DNA from: a virus
Lineage: Duplodnaviria > Caudoviricetes
IMG/VR virus record: IMGVR_UViG_3300020045_018023
Coordinates: 1-48,395 of that record
DNA length: 48,395 nt
Strand: one strand, 5' to 3'
Numbering within the stretch: the first letter of the stretch is position 1; every line of letters starts with the position of its first letter. The position numbers and the translations under genes were made by a program. Positions 48,007 through 48,395 of the stretch are shown here, in pieces. The notes below the pieces were generated by a model, which searched no databases, had not been told where the DNA came from, and was given only the letters and a program-made list of their open reading frames with translations.

Positions 48007-48395
48007 ATGGCTTTATATAATTGTTTAGTATGTGGGAGTGAATTTAAAGCCGATCCATGTCAAGATGCAAAATATTGTTCTGTTAAATGTAAAGGAATGA
48101 GTCAAAATAAACAAATCACAAAGAATTGTTTATTTTGCGAGAGTGAAATTCAAACTATACCATCCAAAAATAAAAAATATTGTTCTCTTAAATGTAGAGG
48201 AATAGATAAAAATAAACAAATAACAAAGAATTGCTTGGTTTGTGAGAGTGAGTTTAAAGCTGTACGATCCCGAGATGCAAAATATTGTTCTCTTAAATGT
48301 GTGGGAATAAGTCAAAAAAATAAAATAATAAAAAATTGTTTAGTATGTGATATTGAATTTCAAACCAAACCATCCGTAAATGCAAAATATTGTTC
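48007..48395 (+). CDS. 5' part of the tandem zinc-finger protein (continues across the origin to 323)
   Basis: tagga SD; MALYNCLVCGSEFKADPCQDAKYCSVKC..., repeating every 35 aa; no stop before the window end. Confidence 0.85.
   Translation, partial: MALYNCLVCGSEFKADPCQDAKYCSVKCKGMSQNKQITKNCLFCESEIQTIPSKNKKYCSLKCRGIDKNKQITKNCLVCESEFKAVRSRDAKYCSLKCVGISQKNKIIKNCLVCDIEFQTKPSVNAKYC
48275..48395. repeat. Terminal direct repeat, right copy
   Basis: Identical to 1-121. Confidence 0.95.

Noticed and set aside
48275-48395. Biological terminal repeats of a linear genome
   Set aside because: The 121-bp repeat falls mid-gene and the ORF is restored by merging the ends, so an assembler overlap is the simpler explanation.

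Overview
This is a complete circular genome (48,274 bp unique; bases 1-121 repeat exactly at 48275-48395) of an AT-rich tailed phage with a podovirus-like (P22-type portal, adaptor and nozzle) virion module. It appears to live as a plasmid: there is no recognisable integrase, but there is a ParA/ParF ATPase, a small RHH partner, an HTH/DnaA_N-like replication initiator and two non-coding repeat arrays. SSB, GroEL, tRNA-Asn and the initiator look alphaproteobacterial. With the low GC and Sec-signal cargo genes, this suggests a Rickettsiales/Holosporales-like endosymbiont host (inference). Layout: lysis and early genes (1-9.7 kb); terminase, tRNA/cargo/par island and portal (9.8-16 kb); head genes with a phage GroES, MCP and a tandem array of paralogous virion proteins (16-26.5 kb); adaptor, fibres and nozzle (26.5-36 kb); ejection proteins (36-43.6 kb); groEL operon and replicon (43.8-48 kb). 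Most notable: (i) a full phage GroEL whose inter-ring contact residues are nearly all replaced (predicted single ring), plus a divergent GroES; (ii) six head genes in one reading frame separated only by amber (TAG) stops, alongside a GGQ-less release-factor-like ORF; (iii) a mosaic 1020-bp-periodic paralog array; (iv) a recurrent [HY]-[AK]-x-G-G-x-[VI] motif confined to small or putatively internal virion proteins. All family assignments are by-eye motif recognition; no searches were run.
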